From Hormiphora californensis (taxonomy: Eukaryota > Animalia > Ctenophora): 64,000 bases of DNA. The notes under the pieces are model-generated. The model was not told where the DNA came from. It ran no database searches and was given only the letters and a program-made list of their open reading frames with translations. Positions 24,926-37,958 of this stretch are shown here, in pieces. Numbering within the stretch: position 1 is the first letter of the stretch; each line of letters opens with the position of its first letter. The position numbers and the translations under genes were made by a program. The DNA is taken from assembly GCA_020137815.1 (NCBI GenBank), contig CM035360.1:2790001-2854000 (forward strand). Reading direction: 5' to 3'.

Positions 24926-25417
24926 CTATTGGGTCCTGCTCCTCTTTGCTTCTAGTCCATCCTCCTCTTCGTCTTCTGAACTGTCTTCTTGGATATCTCC
25001 CTCTTCTATTGCACCTGTGGGAGACGAGTGTATCATGTGACCTTTGAATTAACTCCCGGCCTGATCTCTGAACAAGCTGTTTCCGTCTGGCGGCGCCAAC
25101 CTGAGTGCAGAATCAAAATAAAATCTGGCGCCGCCAAACATTCGTCCTGATATTATCAGTGATACTTGTATGTCAGTAGAAGTGGAGCCCTGGCCGAGAA
25201 GGCCGAAGGGGGGTTGTGGAGGGGAGGGGGCAGCCCTGGCTTTACCTGGCGGTTGAGCACCATTTTTCACCATTTGTTGCGTGATCAGATTGTTAACAGC
25301 CACAGCACAGTCTCCTAGAGCACCAGATAAGGAACCTAGACTGCCATCGAATTCATATCTCTCTGTCACCACATCTCCACCTCCCAGACTCAATTTCACT
25401 GTCACAGCCTGTTCCAT
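24926..25417 (-). CDS. GON7: GON7-like EKC/KEOPS complex subunit, 86 aa, two exons
   Basis: Exons 25246-25417 and 24926-25014 give MEQAVTVKLSLGGGDVVTERYEFDGSLGSLSGALGDCAVAVNNLITQQMVKNGAQPPGAIEEGDIQEDSSEDEEEDGLEAKRSRTQ. Size, beta-hairpin plus helix pattern, acidic tail and terminal AKRxxT match recalled metazoan GON7/C14orf142 (recognition, not a search). Confidence 0.6.
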
Positions 25418-25726
25418 GACTCTAGGGGGCAGCTTGAGTGTGTAAGAAGTGTGTAATAGGGTGCGCACAGCAAATGCTAACAGTACCCGCTTTCATTACA
25501 AGAGAGCAGGAGCGCGCAACGAAACGGCTCCCTCAAGGCGGTAAAAAGGGGACATTTTACAAGTTCAGTTCGGCAGAGACAGACATCTGACAGACAGACG
25601 CAAATAGTAGACGCAGATATTTTGTGAGTGAAGTGTGTATAAGAAGAAGCATACATACACAACATATTTGGACTGTCGATTATCAATAACGTGACGGGAT
25701 CTCTCTCTCTCTCTCAAAAGTGTCAA

Positions 25727-28700
25727 CTAATCATATAGGCACCTATAGTCTTTAACCTTACAAAACTGTTTCATCTCATCACTATCAATTGAATGTTCGG
25801 CGGATAAGTGCTTATAAGTTTCCTCTTTTCGTTTGAATGTCGCACAGCACAGTTTACACTCCACCGATATCCACCGGGTGTAGTGTGCCTCTGAGATATG
25901 TCGCATCACAGACAAACTGGAATCACCCTGAGTAGAGATGTGGTGTCAGAGAGAGGAAGAGAGGAAGAAATGCGGGCGAGAGGCAGGGTCAGGTGATTTA
26001 GAAAGTGTAATACAGGGGGAGGAAATCAATGGAGACATTTCTCCAGTAACAGAGAGAAAGATATGTACAATAACTTGATCTACCGAACCACACAAAGTGA
26101 TGAAATAAATTGACGGTGTGAGCCATACAATTATTAACACAACTATACCTCAGTATCCTCAATTGTTTGCCTACAAAAAGGGCACATTTCCATTCCCTTG
26201 ACACTCCTCTGATGTTCCTCGAGTGCCCCTAAACTCGTGAAATTCTTCCCGCAGTGAGTGCAGAAACATCTTAGTTTGAGTTTGTGAGATGTTAACTCAC
26301 TCGAACTGTCCTTCTCCATACCACACTCCATGCATGTGTGGAGGCCTGAGGGAAGTATAACTGTAGATCTTGAAGTAACAATTCAACACGAATTAAAGCA
26401 TTTAATAAAGAAGAAGCCAGAAGGTACAAATTGGCTCTGATTTCAACATTATCTTACGGCTTACCGAATTTCTTGCCCCGAGGGCTAAAAGGAAGTGGAA
26501 GATTGAGTTTTGAAGGAGATGAGAGAACGGTCTGGGGGTAAAGTGGAGCCGCTGGAGATGCAGCCTTCTGTTTTCCAATCACCATCACCTTATTCCTAAT
26601 TTGTATCGGAGGAAAATCACCCTTCTTCTTCTCAGGGGATATAATGGTAACAGATGGGATTTTAACAGGTTTCTGGTAGGTCTGTTTTTCTTTGACCGGA
26701 GAGGTGTAGTTCTCTTTGACTGGGGAGGTGTAAGTTGTTGACACAGTATTATCACCCCCATCATCCTCAACTGCTGCTGCCATTAACCCAAATAATGGCG
26801 ATTCATCCTCCTCTGTGAGTGTAACATCACCTGCTCCCTCCTCATCCTCCCCTTCTTGGTCTCCGTCGTTAATGGTGGATGAGGGCTCGCTGAGAAGAGA
26901 GGGTAGGATTACAGTTACTAAGCAGCTAGCTACTAACGGCACGGGTTACACAATGGTGTACTGGGACCAATATATATGATCAAAAAACGAAGACATGACG
27001 TGTCATTACAAAAAACCCACCCCCTGAGTCCCTCTGAGTCCCTCTGACCCCTGAGTCCTGACCCTCTCCCCCCTCCGATATTTTCTCACGGATTCGCGAT
27101 ACATTAGACCCCCAGTCCCGAGACCTACTTCTCATTATCATCGTTGTGAGAGTTATTCAGGAGAGAGAAGAGGGGAGAAACATCGTCTGGACACGTCAGC
27201 ATACTCTCTTCCTCCAGGAAATCCAGCTGGATCCGATATTTCCAGTCGGTCTTTGGGAGGAACTTCTCAGCACTGTATCGGTCTGATAATGCCTTCCACT
27301 TAGCTGTTATTTCATAAACTAGAGGGGAGTTGTAGTAGTTGGGGAGGGGGAGGTTCACTGGGCTGTTGTTTGGGGAAAGATATTTAGAGGAGCGGGTCGA
27401 TTTTTAATTAGGAATCGAGGAAGAAAAATAATTGGGAAACATTTATTTCCCCCAACATTTCAAGGATAAAAGGTTCAGATTTCCTACGAATAAATTACCT
27501 GGCAAATTAAGTTTTCTGCTCAGCCTATCCAATACTTCACCCGATTTTTTAACCAGCCTTCGTTTTGATTTGTCCCACAATACTGGGTTCATTGCGTAAT
27601 AATCTGGAAATAATCTGATGTAATAATCAGGAAGATTTTATCGATAAAAAATATATCAATTGCATAAGTTTTTAAAAAAAGCAGTAAAATTTAGTCACAC
27701 ACCCACTATGTATTTACCGATTAGTGACGACGTTTCCCTATCAGTCCAGTCGTGTGTTACTCTATGCTCCTCTTCTTCCTCATCTTCCTGGTTTTTGCCT
27801 TTTTTCTTTCTTGAGGGTCGAGTACTATCAGTCTCTATCACAAAGTCGTCATATTTCTCCATCTCACTTTTGTAGAACCCCCTCACTGGAAGAGAATGGG
27901 TGTTAGAGCTAATTTAATCAGCAATGTCCAAATTCCTGAAACATAAAAGTGATTACGCCCTTTTAGAAGAGAGTTTAATTACTAAACTGGTTTTAGTTTA
28001 GCACGTGTTTCGGATGGGCGTTGTGCTTCTGGGATGTGTTGTAGCTACTGAACTATGCGTATTGCTCCATTTCATACAACATATGGGTGTCAGGCTCTCT
28101 ACTGGGTCTCTGAGAGCATGTGGTGTTGAACTCACTGAGAATGGTGCTAATTCAATTCGGAAGAAAGTGTTAGTCCGTAATTGGGAAATGCGTATATCGG
28201 AGCTTTCTGTAAGAAATGTTGTTCTTTACTAAATTACGTCTACAGCTGTTCCTCGGATGGCCGATGGCTGTGTCAGACCCTTCTCACTGGAAGGAGCGGT
28301 GAGGAGTCACACGTGCTGAGGAAGGGAGATTACTGAAATTGTTGAGTTTGGGAGAGATGGGATCGTTGTAGCTTCACTGGAAGAGAATGGGTGTTAGTGC
28401 TTTCACTGGGAGAGAATGGGTGTTAGAGCTTTCACTGGAAGAGAATGGGTGTTAGAGCTTTCACTGGAAGAGAATGGGTGTTAGAGCTTTCACTGGAATA
28501 TAGAATGATAATGTTTTATGTTAGAGCTAATTTAATCAGTCCAAATCCCTGATAACTATAAAATGATTCACCCCTTTTAGGAGAGTTTAAAACTAACTTG
28601 GATCCTTCGTTTTAGCACGTGTTTTCCGGTTGGGCCGCTGTCTTTTGATCTTGTTGTCTACTCGCACCTTTGCGTAATGTTCCATTTCATCCCATTCCGG

Positions 28701-30923
28701 GTCTGCAGGCTCCTCTTCTGGGTCATCCTGAGAGCATGTGATGTTTTGAACCCCGATACTGTCAAATCTATATATCGGTAGAAATGTATCCGAAAATCGG
28801 GGTTCCGGTAAATCGGGATCCCGGTATATCGGGCTCCGTGCCGTCTGTAAACAGCTGTACATGATACATAAACTATTGTTCTTTGAAAACTTACGTCTAG
28901 AGCTGGTTCCTCTGATTCCGATGGCTCGTGATCAGACCCACTTTCGTCATCCGAGGGGAGCGGTGAGGGAGTCGAGCAGCCGGGCTTTGCTGATAAGGAA
29001 AGGGGGAGATTAGAGGGGCTAAATGAAGATTGTTGGGGGGGGGGGGCGGCTGAAGTTTTTCAAAAACTTCAAAGAGAAACTTAGGGTGCAAAACTTCAAA
29101 AACTTCAAAGAGAAACTTAGGGTGGAAAACTTCAAAAACTTCAAAAACTCATATCTCCTAAACCGTTGGAGATAGGCCCTATGTTGCTTCATAACTTGCA
29201 TATTCCGAACAAGATGCACCCCTTTAAAAGGCCTATAGTCACTCATAAACCATTAAAACTGGTCTAGCCCAAAAAAAGCCATGCGCACACACAAAATTAT
29301 GAAAATATCCCAATTCCCATTATCCCTCGAATTACTAATTCAATTAGATGAGGTGGAGACTTCATTTTGGCAAGTACCCCCACTAACTCGAGGCTGCTGA
29401 TGATTTTGGTGTCCATATTTTTTTCACTACTCCCTTCATAAAAAAATTGCATTTTGTGAAACTGGCAAAAAGGGTGTGGCCCCAAAAAAAATTTGAAAAT
29501 TTACTTCAAAATTTTTAAACACTTTCTTAGCATTTTCTAGGCAATTTTTTGAGTTATAGAATGAAAAGGGGGGGTTCCCATGGTATACTTTGGTATACTT
29601 TGGCACTTTCCACAACTTTTTCAGCGATTTTCCATATAATAATAATAATAATAATAATATCTAGACTTGTATCCTGCCCAGATCCCCCAGGGACAGCATA
29701 GCATAGCTAATACTGCCACTGAGGGATAATCAGAGCAGTTTACTCACACACTCAACCAAAATTAGATTCAAAAACGGTGGTAAAAACCAAATTAACCAAA
29801 ATATACCAAAATATACCAAAGTATACCAAGGTGTACCAAAGTATACCATAAAATCTTGAAAATGGTAAAATTTAAGCGATAAGATAAAATAATTGACTAA
29901 ATTTGTAAAACTACATCCTTATTTCGTTATAAATTGGCAATATACCTTACTCTCGTTAATTAAGAAACGCTTTAGGAAGAAATTTTTTTATAAGAAACGG
30001 GAAATGTGGAAACACATTAAATAAGACACCCCAAAATAAGAAACTCCCCCAAGAAAGTAAGAAACCCCAAAAATAAGAAACGCAAAAATAAGAAACCCCA
30101 AAAATAAGAAACGCAAAAATAAGAAACCCCAAAAATAAGAAACCCGAAAATTAAGAAACCCCAAAATTAAGAAACCCCAAAATTAAGAAACCCCAAAATT
30201 AAGAAACCCCAAAATTAAGAAACCCCAAAAATAAGAAACCCCAAAATTAAGAAACCCCAAAAATAAGAAACCCCAAAAATAAGAAACCCCAAAAATAAGA
30301 AACCCCAAAATTAAGAAACCCCAAAAATAAGAAACTCGAAAAATAAGAAACCCCAAAATTAAGAAACCCCAAAAATAAGAAACCCCAAAAATAAGAAACT
30401 CGAAAAATAAGAAACCCCAAAATTAAGAAACCCCAAAAATAAGAAACCCCAAAAATAAGAAACTCGAAAAATAAGAAACCCCAAAATTAAGAAACCCCAA
30501 AAATAAGAAACCCCAAAAATAAGAAACTCGAAAAATAAGTGTAACTCGAAAAATAAGAAACCTAATTAGGTGAGGGCCTCAAAAAGCCCTAAAATGGACA
30601 TTTTTGACAACACAGATCAAATGCGGCAAAATAACGCAATTTAAACTAGGTAAAATGTTGTTTAGGCTATTTCGAAGGTGTGGTCTAACGGTTGACAGGT
30701 TACGAAATGGTGGCCGGAATAAGAAAGCTGAGACAAGGGGGGTTAAACACAAAACAAATCAACTGCAATGAACTACTTGTGTGTTAACACTCAGAACTGT
30801 TGCAGAATGCAGAGGCCCGTTTCTTATCTCTGTTTTCAAGATGGGTGTGTCGCCCTGCTTTCTCTCTCCCTCTCTCTCTCTCTCACACACTCTATCTCTC
30901 ACACACACCCACACAGTCTCTCT

Positions 30924-30967
<44 letters not shown>

Positions 30968-31396
30968 CCTCTCTCTCTCTTCCCAGTTCCCGCCCCCAAT
31001 CACAAACTCAGTCAGCGCAGCCAATCAAATTGCTGCATTTATGGTCACTTTCACTTTCACTATGATCAGCCAATTGGGTGCGAGCATTCTAAGTCACGTG
31101 CGTGGAGGTCTGTCACGCATGAGCACCTCCCGATCCCTATCTCGTTCATCTATCTCTTGCACTCTCTCAAATCCGTGTGTTTTGTGTTCATGATTTCTTG
31201 CTTTTGTGTCGTCATTTTTGTTTCATCTCTTTCCCCCCCCCTCTTTCCCTTCTCACACTCAGTATCACTTCTTATCTTTTCGTACCCCCCACTGTCCAGC
31301 TACATTCTGGTCTAATACCTTATCTTTTCGTACCCACCCACTCTTAGATTGTGTTTTAACACTCGCTTTGCTTCTTAGTATCTCTCTCTATCTCTA

Positions 31397-31450
<54 letters not shown>

Positions 31451-34400
31451 ACACTCTCTCTCTCTCTCTCTCTCTAACACACACACGCAGACATCATCAA
31501 TGATAAAGAAAGAAAAAGAGGACGAGATAGGAAGAGAGATTGGGAGAGAAAGCAGGGCGACACACCCATCTTGAAAACAGAGATAAGAAACGGGCCTCTG
31601 CATTCTGCAACAGTTCTGAGTGTTAACACACAAGTAGTTCATTGCAGTTGATTTGTTTTGTGTTTAACCCCCCTTGTCTCAGCTTTCTTATTCCGGCCAC
31701 CATTTCGTAACCTGTCAACCGTTAGACCACACCTTCGAAATAGCCTAAACAACATTTTACCTAGTTTAAATTGCGTTATTTTGCCGCATTTGGTCTGTGT
31801 TGTCAAAAATGTCCATTTTAGGGCTTTTTGAGGCCCTCCCCTAATTAGGTTTCTTATTTTTCGAGTTATTTATTTTTCGAGTTTCTTATTTTTCGAGTTT
31901 CTTAATTTTGGGGTTTCTTATTTTTGGGGTTTCTTAATTTTGGGGTTTCTTAATTTTGGGGTTTCTTAATTTTGGGGTTTCTTATTTTTGGGGTTTCTTA
32001 TTTTTGGGGTTTCTTAATTTTGGGGTTTCTTAATTTTGGGGTTTCTTAATTTTGGGGTTTCTTATTTTTGGGGTTTCTTATTTTTGGGGTTTCTTATTTT
32101 TGGGGTTTCTTATTTTTGGGGTTTCTTATTTTTGGTTTCTTATTTTTTTAGTTTCTTAATTTTGGTTTCTTATTTTTTCAGTTTCTTAATAAACGAGAGA
32201 GTTTCTTATTTTTAGGGTGTCTAAATTTTGGGGTTTCTTGTAAAAAAGTTCCTTATTTAAAAGTTTCTTGAAATATGCGAGCTTAATTAACGAGAGTAAG
32301 GTAACGCTTATTAAACCGATTTTACGTTTATGTTACATCATCAAGGCTGGCTGGCCACACAGTGGCCAGGGTTCGATTCCCGGTGAAGGCAATTTTTGAA
32401 AACTTTTTGGAGACTTTAACAAATACTATTTGAACATTTTCTTGACTTTTTAAAAAGTTTTTTATCATACTCAAATGGGTCCCAATTTGTCAAAACCCAG
32501 TTTTCTGACTCACCATTTTATAGGCAAAATATTTTTCCTCGATTCTATGAATTTAACCTATTTAGCACCAAAGTCCAATTTTATGAGTTAAGAAAGTTTA
32601 TACAAAATGTTTTAAAGCCTTAACTGTTGTAAATTAACACTTTAAATTACGTAAAGCTATTAAAAAGATATGGTATACTTTGGTATACTTTGGTACTTTC
32701 CACATAATTTTTTGGGATTTTCCATATACCAAAGTATACCAAAGTATACCAAAGTATACCATGGGAACCCCCCCGAATGAAAATAAAATCTGTTTTTACA
32801 AAAAAATTAAATTTTTTACACAAAATTGTGCCATGGATTTCATGGCTAGGAATCATTGTAAATATCCTAATTTGTGGTAGAAAAAGGGCAGACAAGGAAG
32901 GATAACTTTGCCACAATATGTATTAAGCATGAAACTAACCTAAACAAGTGTAATAATAGTCACTGATAGCATATAAAAGTAGTTTAGAGTATTTGAAGTT
33001 TTTGAAGTCAACTTCAAAAACTTCAAAAACTCAAACCCGATTGTTTGGGGACGGACAAGGATGGTTTGAGTTGCTAGATACCGAACTCTCACAGAGCGCT
33101 AAGCCAAACAATGTTTGAGGAGCTGAAATTATTCAATCAAAGCTTACTTGCAATGGCTGAATCCCAATCCTTGATGCTGTCTCTGTGAGATTTCCTCATA
33201 TGTTCCATCCTTGTAGTCAGTTTGGTAAACTGTCTTGAGCAATAGTAGCACTTGTATTCTTGTTTCACCTTTTCGCTCACTGAAAATGGTAATTTATGTC
33301 ACAACACGAGACATTTCCAATATTTTCACTATAAACGAGCTTTGGAGTGGATCTCAATCTCCCACCTACTACCGACATGAAACTTGTTGAGTACGGAGTA
33401 CCCCTCCCACGAAAGACGTGGGAGAAACAGCTAGAGTATGTGTTCAGCGTGAAACCTGTGTATACAGTCGGACCCCGATTTAGGGACACCCTCGGGGGAA
33501 AGGCTCTTGTCCACTAAATCGGGGTACCACTAAATCGGGGTCCGACTGTACAAATAAACATCACCAAAGTCGTTTACCTTCAGTTTCTTCTTTCCAGATC
33601 TCATCAGCAGTAGGCGGCCGTTCGCTCTTCTCCACCCTTCTCCTCTTGCTCTTGTTATTAGGTTTCTTCTCCTCTTCTGCTTCCGTACCATCATCGTCAT
33701 TGATATCTGCCTTCGGACCAAAGCTAGAAATAGAGGCGGGATGAAGTCATAGAGAGTCAATGCACGGTTATGTAAGCAGTGAGACAATGAGATGTGGTAA
33801 AATGTGGATAATTAAAACTGTCTTACAAGTGAAATGTGAGTCATTGGATATGGCTATATAAAAAGCTCTCTGGCTTTAAAAGTGAAATATGACCCAGATA
33901 AGAGTGAAATGTGATCCATAACTCACTTCATTCTCGCTTTTCCTTTTTTGTTCCCAAAGAAACTGTTAATTGAGAGTTGGCGGCCCCTGCACCCCTTGAC
34001 CACCTTTGTTTCTGCATTCCCGTGGTAAGATCTCACTACACTTTCCCATACTTTTTCTTTGTGCGATCGTTCTGAAGAAATTCGGGGGTGAAATTCGGGT
34101 TAAATTCAGGAACCGACCGAAACAAGCAAACAACCAATCAGAACTCGTTATTTATGTCACGTTTCGGTTATCAGCCAATCAGGGACCAGTATTTCCTGAT
34201 TCGGTCGGTACCTGGTGAAATTCACCCGGTTAACTTATTGTGACCGCAACACAATAGATATAACGGGTTAGATTTTGAACACAACACCAAATGGAGACTA
34301 AACTAATTTGTAACTGCACATTGTACAAAATCTGCTGATTTTGAAATCCCGGAGTATCCGATTTATTCCGTACCTGCATGTGTAGGCCCGTTATAACGGC

Positions 34401-37400
34401 ACCGTGTTATCACAACCTCCATGGGTCTGCTTCTGAGTCTCTGGTATGGATAAGTATACTCCTCTCTCTCCTCCTCTATCACGAGATCCTTTTCTGATTC
34501 TGTGTCAGATTCTTCCTCCTGTTTTATATCAACTAGAGGGAGAGAAGAAATAATGTAAACATATGTGTATAACATTGGTGGGAGGTTTTTATTATTGTAA
34601 GCAGCCAAAATTCACAAATTCCACCCCTACCCGCCCCTCTACCAGTATCAAAAGTGAATCTTACCGGTGGTCCAAATATCTGGGTTAAGAGTTTTAGGTA
34701 ACTCCTTAGCCTGTTTCATCTTTACAATGGTCAGCTTGAAAACTGCTTCCTTTAGTTTCTCAGGCGTCATTTGGTAAGGGTCATTTTCAGGGTCAAGCTG
34801 CTTCTTCCTTCTTCTTGCTGTGCTACTGGACGCACCAGACCCTGAAATTAATACCAATGAGATTTAGTTGGTCAATTAATTAATTTTATCTGTCAGTTTC
34901 ACTTACACAATCACATTATATCATCTACTTGATTGCTACATTCAATAACTACACAGTTACACACTTTCACATTACTACACACTAGAGCTGACTATGCGTG
35001 TCACTGCACTACCATCCATTGCTGTACATTCCATCAGTATTATGTAACACACTTACCACTCCGTTCTCTACTCGAGCTAGGTTTCTGATCCACTGATTCA
35101 GCAGGGGGTGGAGGGGGAGGAAACATGCCTTCAGGTGGGACCAGGGTCGGATCTAATTTCTGTTTTCCTCTAAACTCATCCCTCTCCTTATCGACCTTGG
35201 TAATGACAACGAGACAAGTGGGACAGTTCCAATCCAGTGGACCTTTCTTCTCCCGTCCTATACAGGCAGGGTGTGCACCTGCCTGACCGCAGGTTAGACA
35301 CTTCAACAAATCCCACTTGTCGCTGAAAATTGTATCGGTAATATTAGAATGATTCATAATGATTTTCGCTTGCTATTTTTTCGGATTCTCGTTCATCGGA
35401 GCCCTAACATTTTTACAGGAACTTGTTCGCCACGAAATTTCGGTCTCCCAACACCATTTTTAGGGACCAGCCAAGTTTTCTTCCAAAGGCTATAGCCCGT
35501 TTTCTAGTGGTTAGCCACTATGCCGTCGCACTTATCAAAATATGGTCAAAATGCTAGTAACTTTTTTCAGAATTGGCCGTTTTCATATATAATGTAGTCC
35601 ATTCTATCAGTTGTCATCGTAACCAACCCATTTTGAGCCGAAAAAGTTGCTGGATTGGAGTAGGGGGCTAAAAATCGCCCGAAAAGTGGCGCAAAATGTG
35701 GCTTCAAATCACCTGTTTTCGGGCAACGTTTTTGAACTTCAATTTTAGGCCCTCTAAGACATCCAAAACCGCCAAATAACTTAAGGATCATGTAGAACAG
35801 AGTTTAACTTACAATTTGAGCTTTGAATCTTGACAAAAGACCAACCAGGTCCATGGTGACAGCCTTCCAAAGTGAAAAAATGGGTTTTTGACAAATTTCT
35901 AAAAATAGCCATAAAATAAAATGTGAAAATTGGATTTTGATTTAATTTTTACACATATGTCCCAAAAAGATGTCATTCTTTCCCTACAAAAAGTCCTGGA
36001 TCCATTGGAATCAATTTACAGCCTCTAAAGGGCTAAAACCAAGGAATGAATTTTGGAACGAGCGACCGGAACAAAACTGAACTTCAGAAATAGTCCGTCA
36101 CCGGTCAAATTATGTCGTTGTAAACTTCAAACATGGTCTTCGTATTCGCAAAATGTCCTAACTAAAAGATTATGTAGAAATTTTTGGTCTCTATCATCAC
36201 TGGCGATCAAAAAGTGCCAAGCGAAAATCATTATGAATATCATGGAGGTGGTTGGAAAATGGGGCTTGAGTACGGTGTATCATTTCGAGAGAACAGCGCA
36301 GGAGAAAAAGGGGGGACATCGTACTCAAAGGACCAGCAAAATCACACAAATGTCACACGACTGGATTAGTCCTATCATATACATATGATATACACACAAT
36401 ACATAGGTATCCTGCATATTATCATATACCACCACCCTGTGTATAACACGTACTTGTTCCTACTGTCAGTGGTCCTGCTCTGCTCGTGGAGACAAATGGG
36501 AACATCACACCGCCAATACTCTTCGTACTGGTCATCAAACATTCCCTCTTTCTCCCACGCAGCATCACTGAGAAGGTGAAAGTGAAAGGAAAACTTCCTG
36601 CAATAAACTTAGAGTCGTCTACTCTATTCATTGTATCCGAAACTATGCGACTTAGAAACCGTCGATCGGTCAACATATTGATAAATTTTGAATATACTTT
36701 GTCTCACAAGTGTACATGATTGTTATGTTCTAACCCTCCGGGGCGCGTGAAACACAGTTTAGCTAGGCAAGTACATGACATGTATTCAAAATGTATTATA
36801 TGTCAGTGAGTGTAGCTCACCTCAGTGGAACATTAATCCCCATCGTCTTCATAATAGAGTTGAATTTCTTCTCATTATTACACATGGGACAGCGGAAGAA
36901 GTACCCACTAGAATCAGCCTGATTCTGAAGGCACTCTCGGTGTATTGGAGTGTTATTACAACACTCTGTCAGCAGGATGTCCAGTGGGGAGATTATTGAG
37001 TCAACTGTGATTCCCTCTCTGCAGATGGGACATTCCGTTGTGTTGCCCATTGTGCCCTTTTCAAAGTACTGCACTGGTCGGTGCGTACTGCAATATGACC
37101 TGAATAGAAAATAATCAATTAGGATTGAGTATTGTTATTATGCACATGTATTGCTATTTATTACAAAATATGAACTGACTGCGGTATAGTATTTTAATTC
37201 TTCATTTAAATGAAGAAGAAAAACACAATTATAAAATATAATATGTATTCAAATTTTTTCCTACCTAACAAAAAATTAGTGTGTTACCTGTATTTGTCAT
37301 AAAACTGCATGAGACATGAATTCTTGAAGGCACACGTAAGATGGTAACTATGCGGACACTTCGCCTTGTGACATCCAACGGAAGCCCCAAATTTGTTACA

Positions 37401-37958
37401 AAATGCACAGCGTAACCGCTTTCCTCTTGAAAATTCCTTTTTGATATGTGGCTCAAGGAATCCCCATAGCCCCTCGTCGTTTTCTCCAGCTTGAACCAGA
37501 CCAGAGGCGAACAACTGAGAAGGGGATATACTTTTATTTCTGTCCCAAACAACAAGAAATAAACAATTCGGTTGAGATACCTTCACGAACCGAATAACTA
37601 CTTCTGTATAATCTAAAGGTGTGTCACTTACCAAGCAACTATGATGTGCGGCCAAGTCATCACTCAACTCCCTCAACTCCCCTAACTCCCTGGTCTTATC
37701 CTTTGTGTAACAGAAGTGGCAACACCCCTCCCCAGGTGGCTCCCATTTGCTTAATTTAGATTTGGAATCCTTTGGAGTATTTGCCGTTAACTTTCGTTTC
37801 CTCTCAACCATCACGGCGCCAGAAGGAGAGCCATCTTCCTCAGACTTCACACTTTCCTCTGCCTTAATAAAGTTGGAACGAGCTTTCTTTTTCAAGTGGT
37901 TACTGAGGCTGTGCTTTTCCATATTGTGGCTTCTTGGTTTTAAGTTTTCATCATTCAT
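25727..37958 (-). CDS. G2E3/PHF7/pineapple-eye-like ePHD-RING-PHD protein with C-terminal C2H2 fingers and a MADF domain; spliced
   Basis: Exons ~37632-37958 (CHFC..HHSCL), ~37289-37515 (LFASGL..CAFCNKFGASVGC..YHLTC), ~36821-37099 (CPIC..HRECLQ..FFRCPMCNN), ~36451-36566 (DAAWE), ~35058-35323 (PHD), ~34665-34841, ~34374-34533, ~33927-34071, ~33578-33724, ~33149-33279 (CYYC..HMRKSH), ~28895-28989, ~28598-28727, ~27719-27885 (WTDRETSSLI), ~27499-27603 (YAMNPVLWD), ~27193-27319 (KWKALSDRY..WKY..LDFL), ~26458-26888, ~26149-26345, 25727-25927 (C2H2, stop). Confidence 0.82.
29945..32301. mobile_element. Foldback element with 16-bp satellite arms (AAGAAACCCCAAAAWT)n and TA flanks
   Basis: TA-CCTTACTCTCGTTAATTAAG ... 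CTTAATTAACGAGAGTAAGG-TA; arrays at ~30035-30560 and inverted at ~31850-32240; inner unique arms ~30560-30862 and ~31548-31850. It sits inside an older element marked by GGTATACTTT/AAAGTATACC repeats (~29570-29850, ~32670-32775). Confidence 0.88.
33465..33548. mobile_element. 84-bp pogo/Tigger-like MITE
   Basis: TA-CAGTCGGACCCCGATTTAG ... CTAAATCGGGGTCCGACTG-TA. Confidence 0.88.
34107..34214. mobile_element. hAT-like MITE, CAGGAACCGACCGAA family
   Basis: Near-identical to 22266-22374; imperfect 8-bp TSD. Confidence 0.85.

Noticed and set aside
30768-31642. LSLS/ERER-rich ORFs here and elsewhere
   Set aside because: Translations of (CT/GA)n microsatellites.
33371-33456. Extra G2E3-like exon
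   Set aside because: The flanking exons already join in phase without it and no motif supports it.
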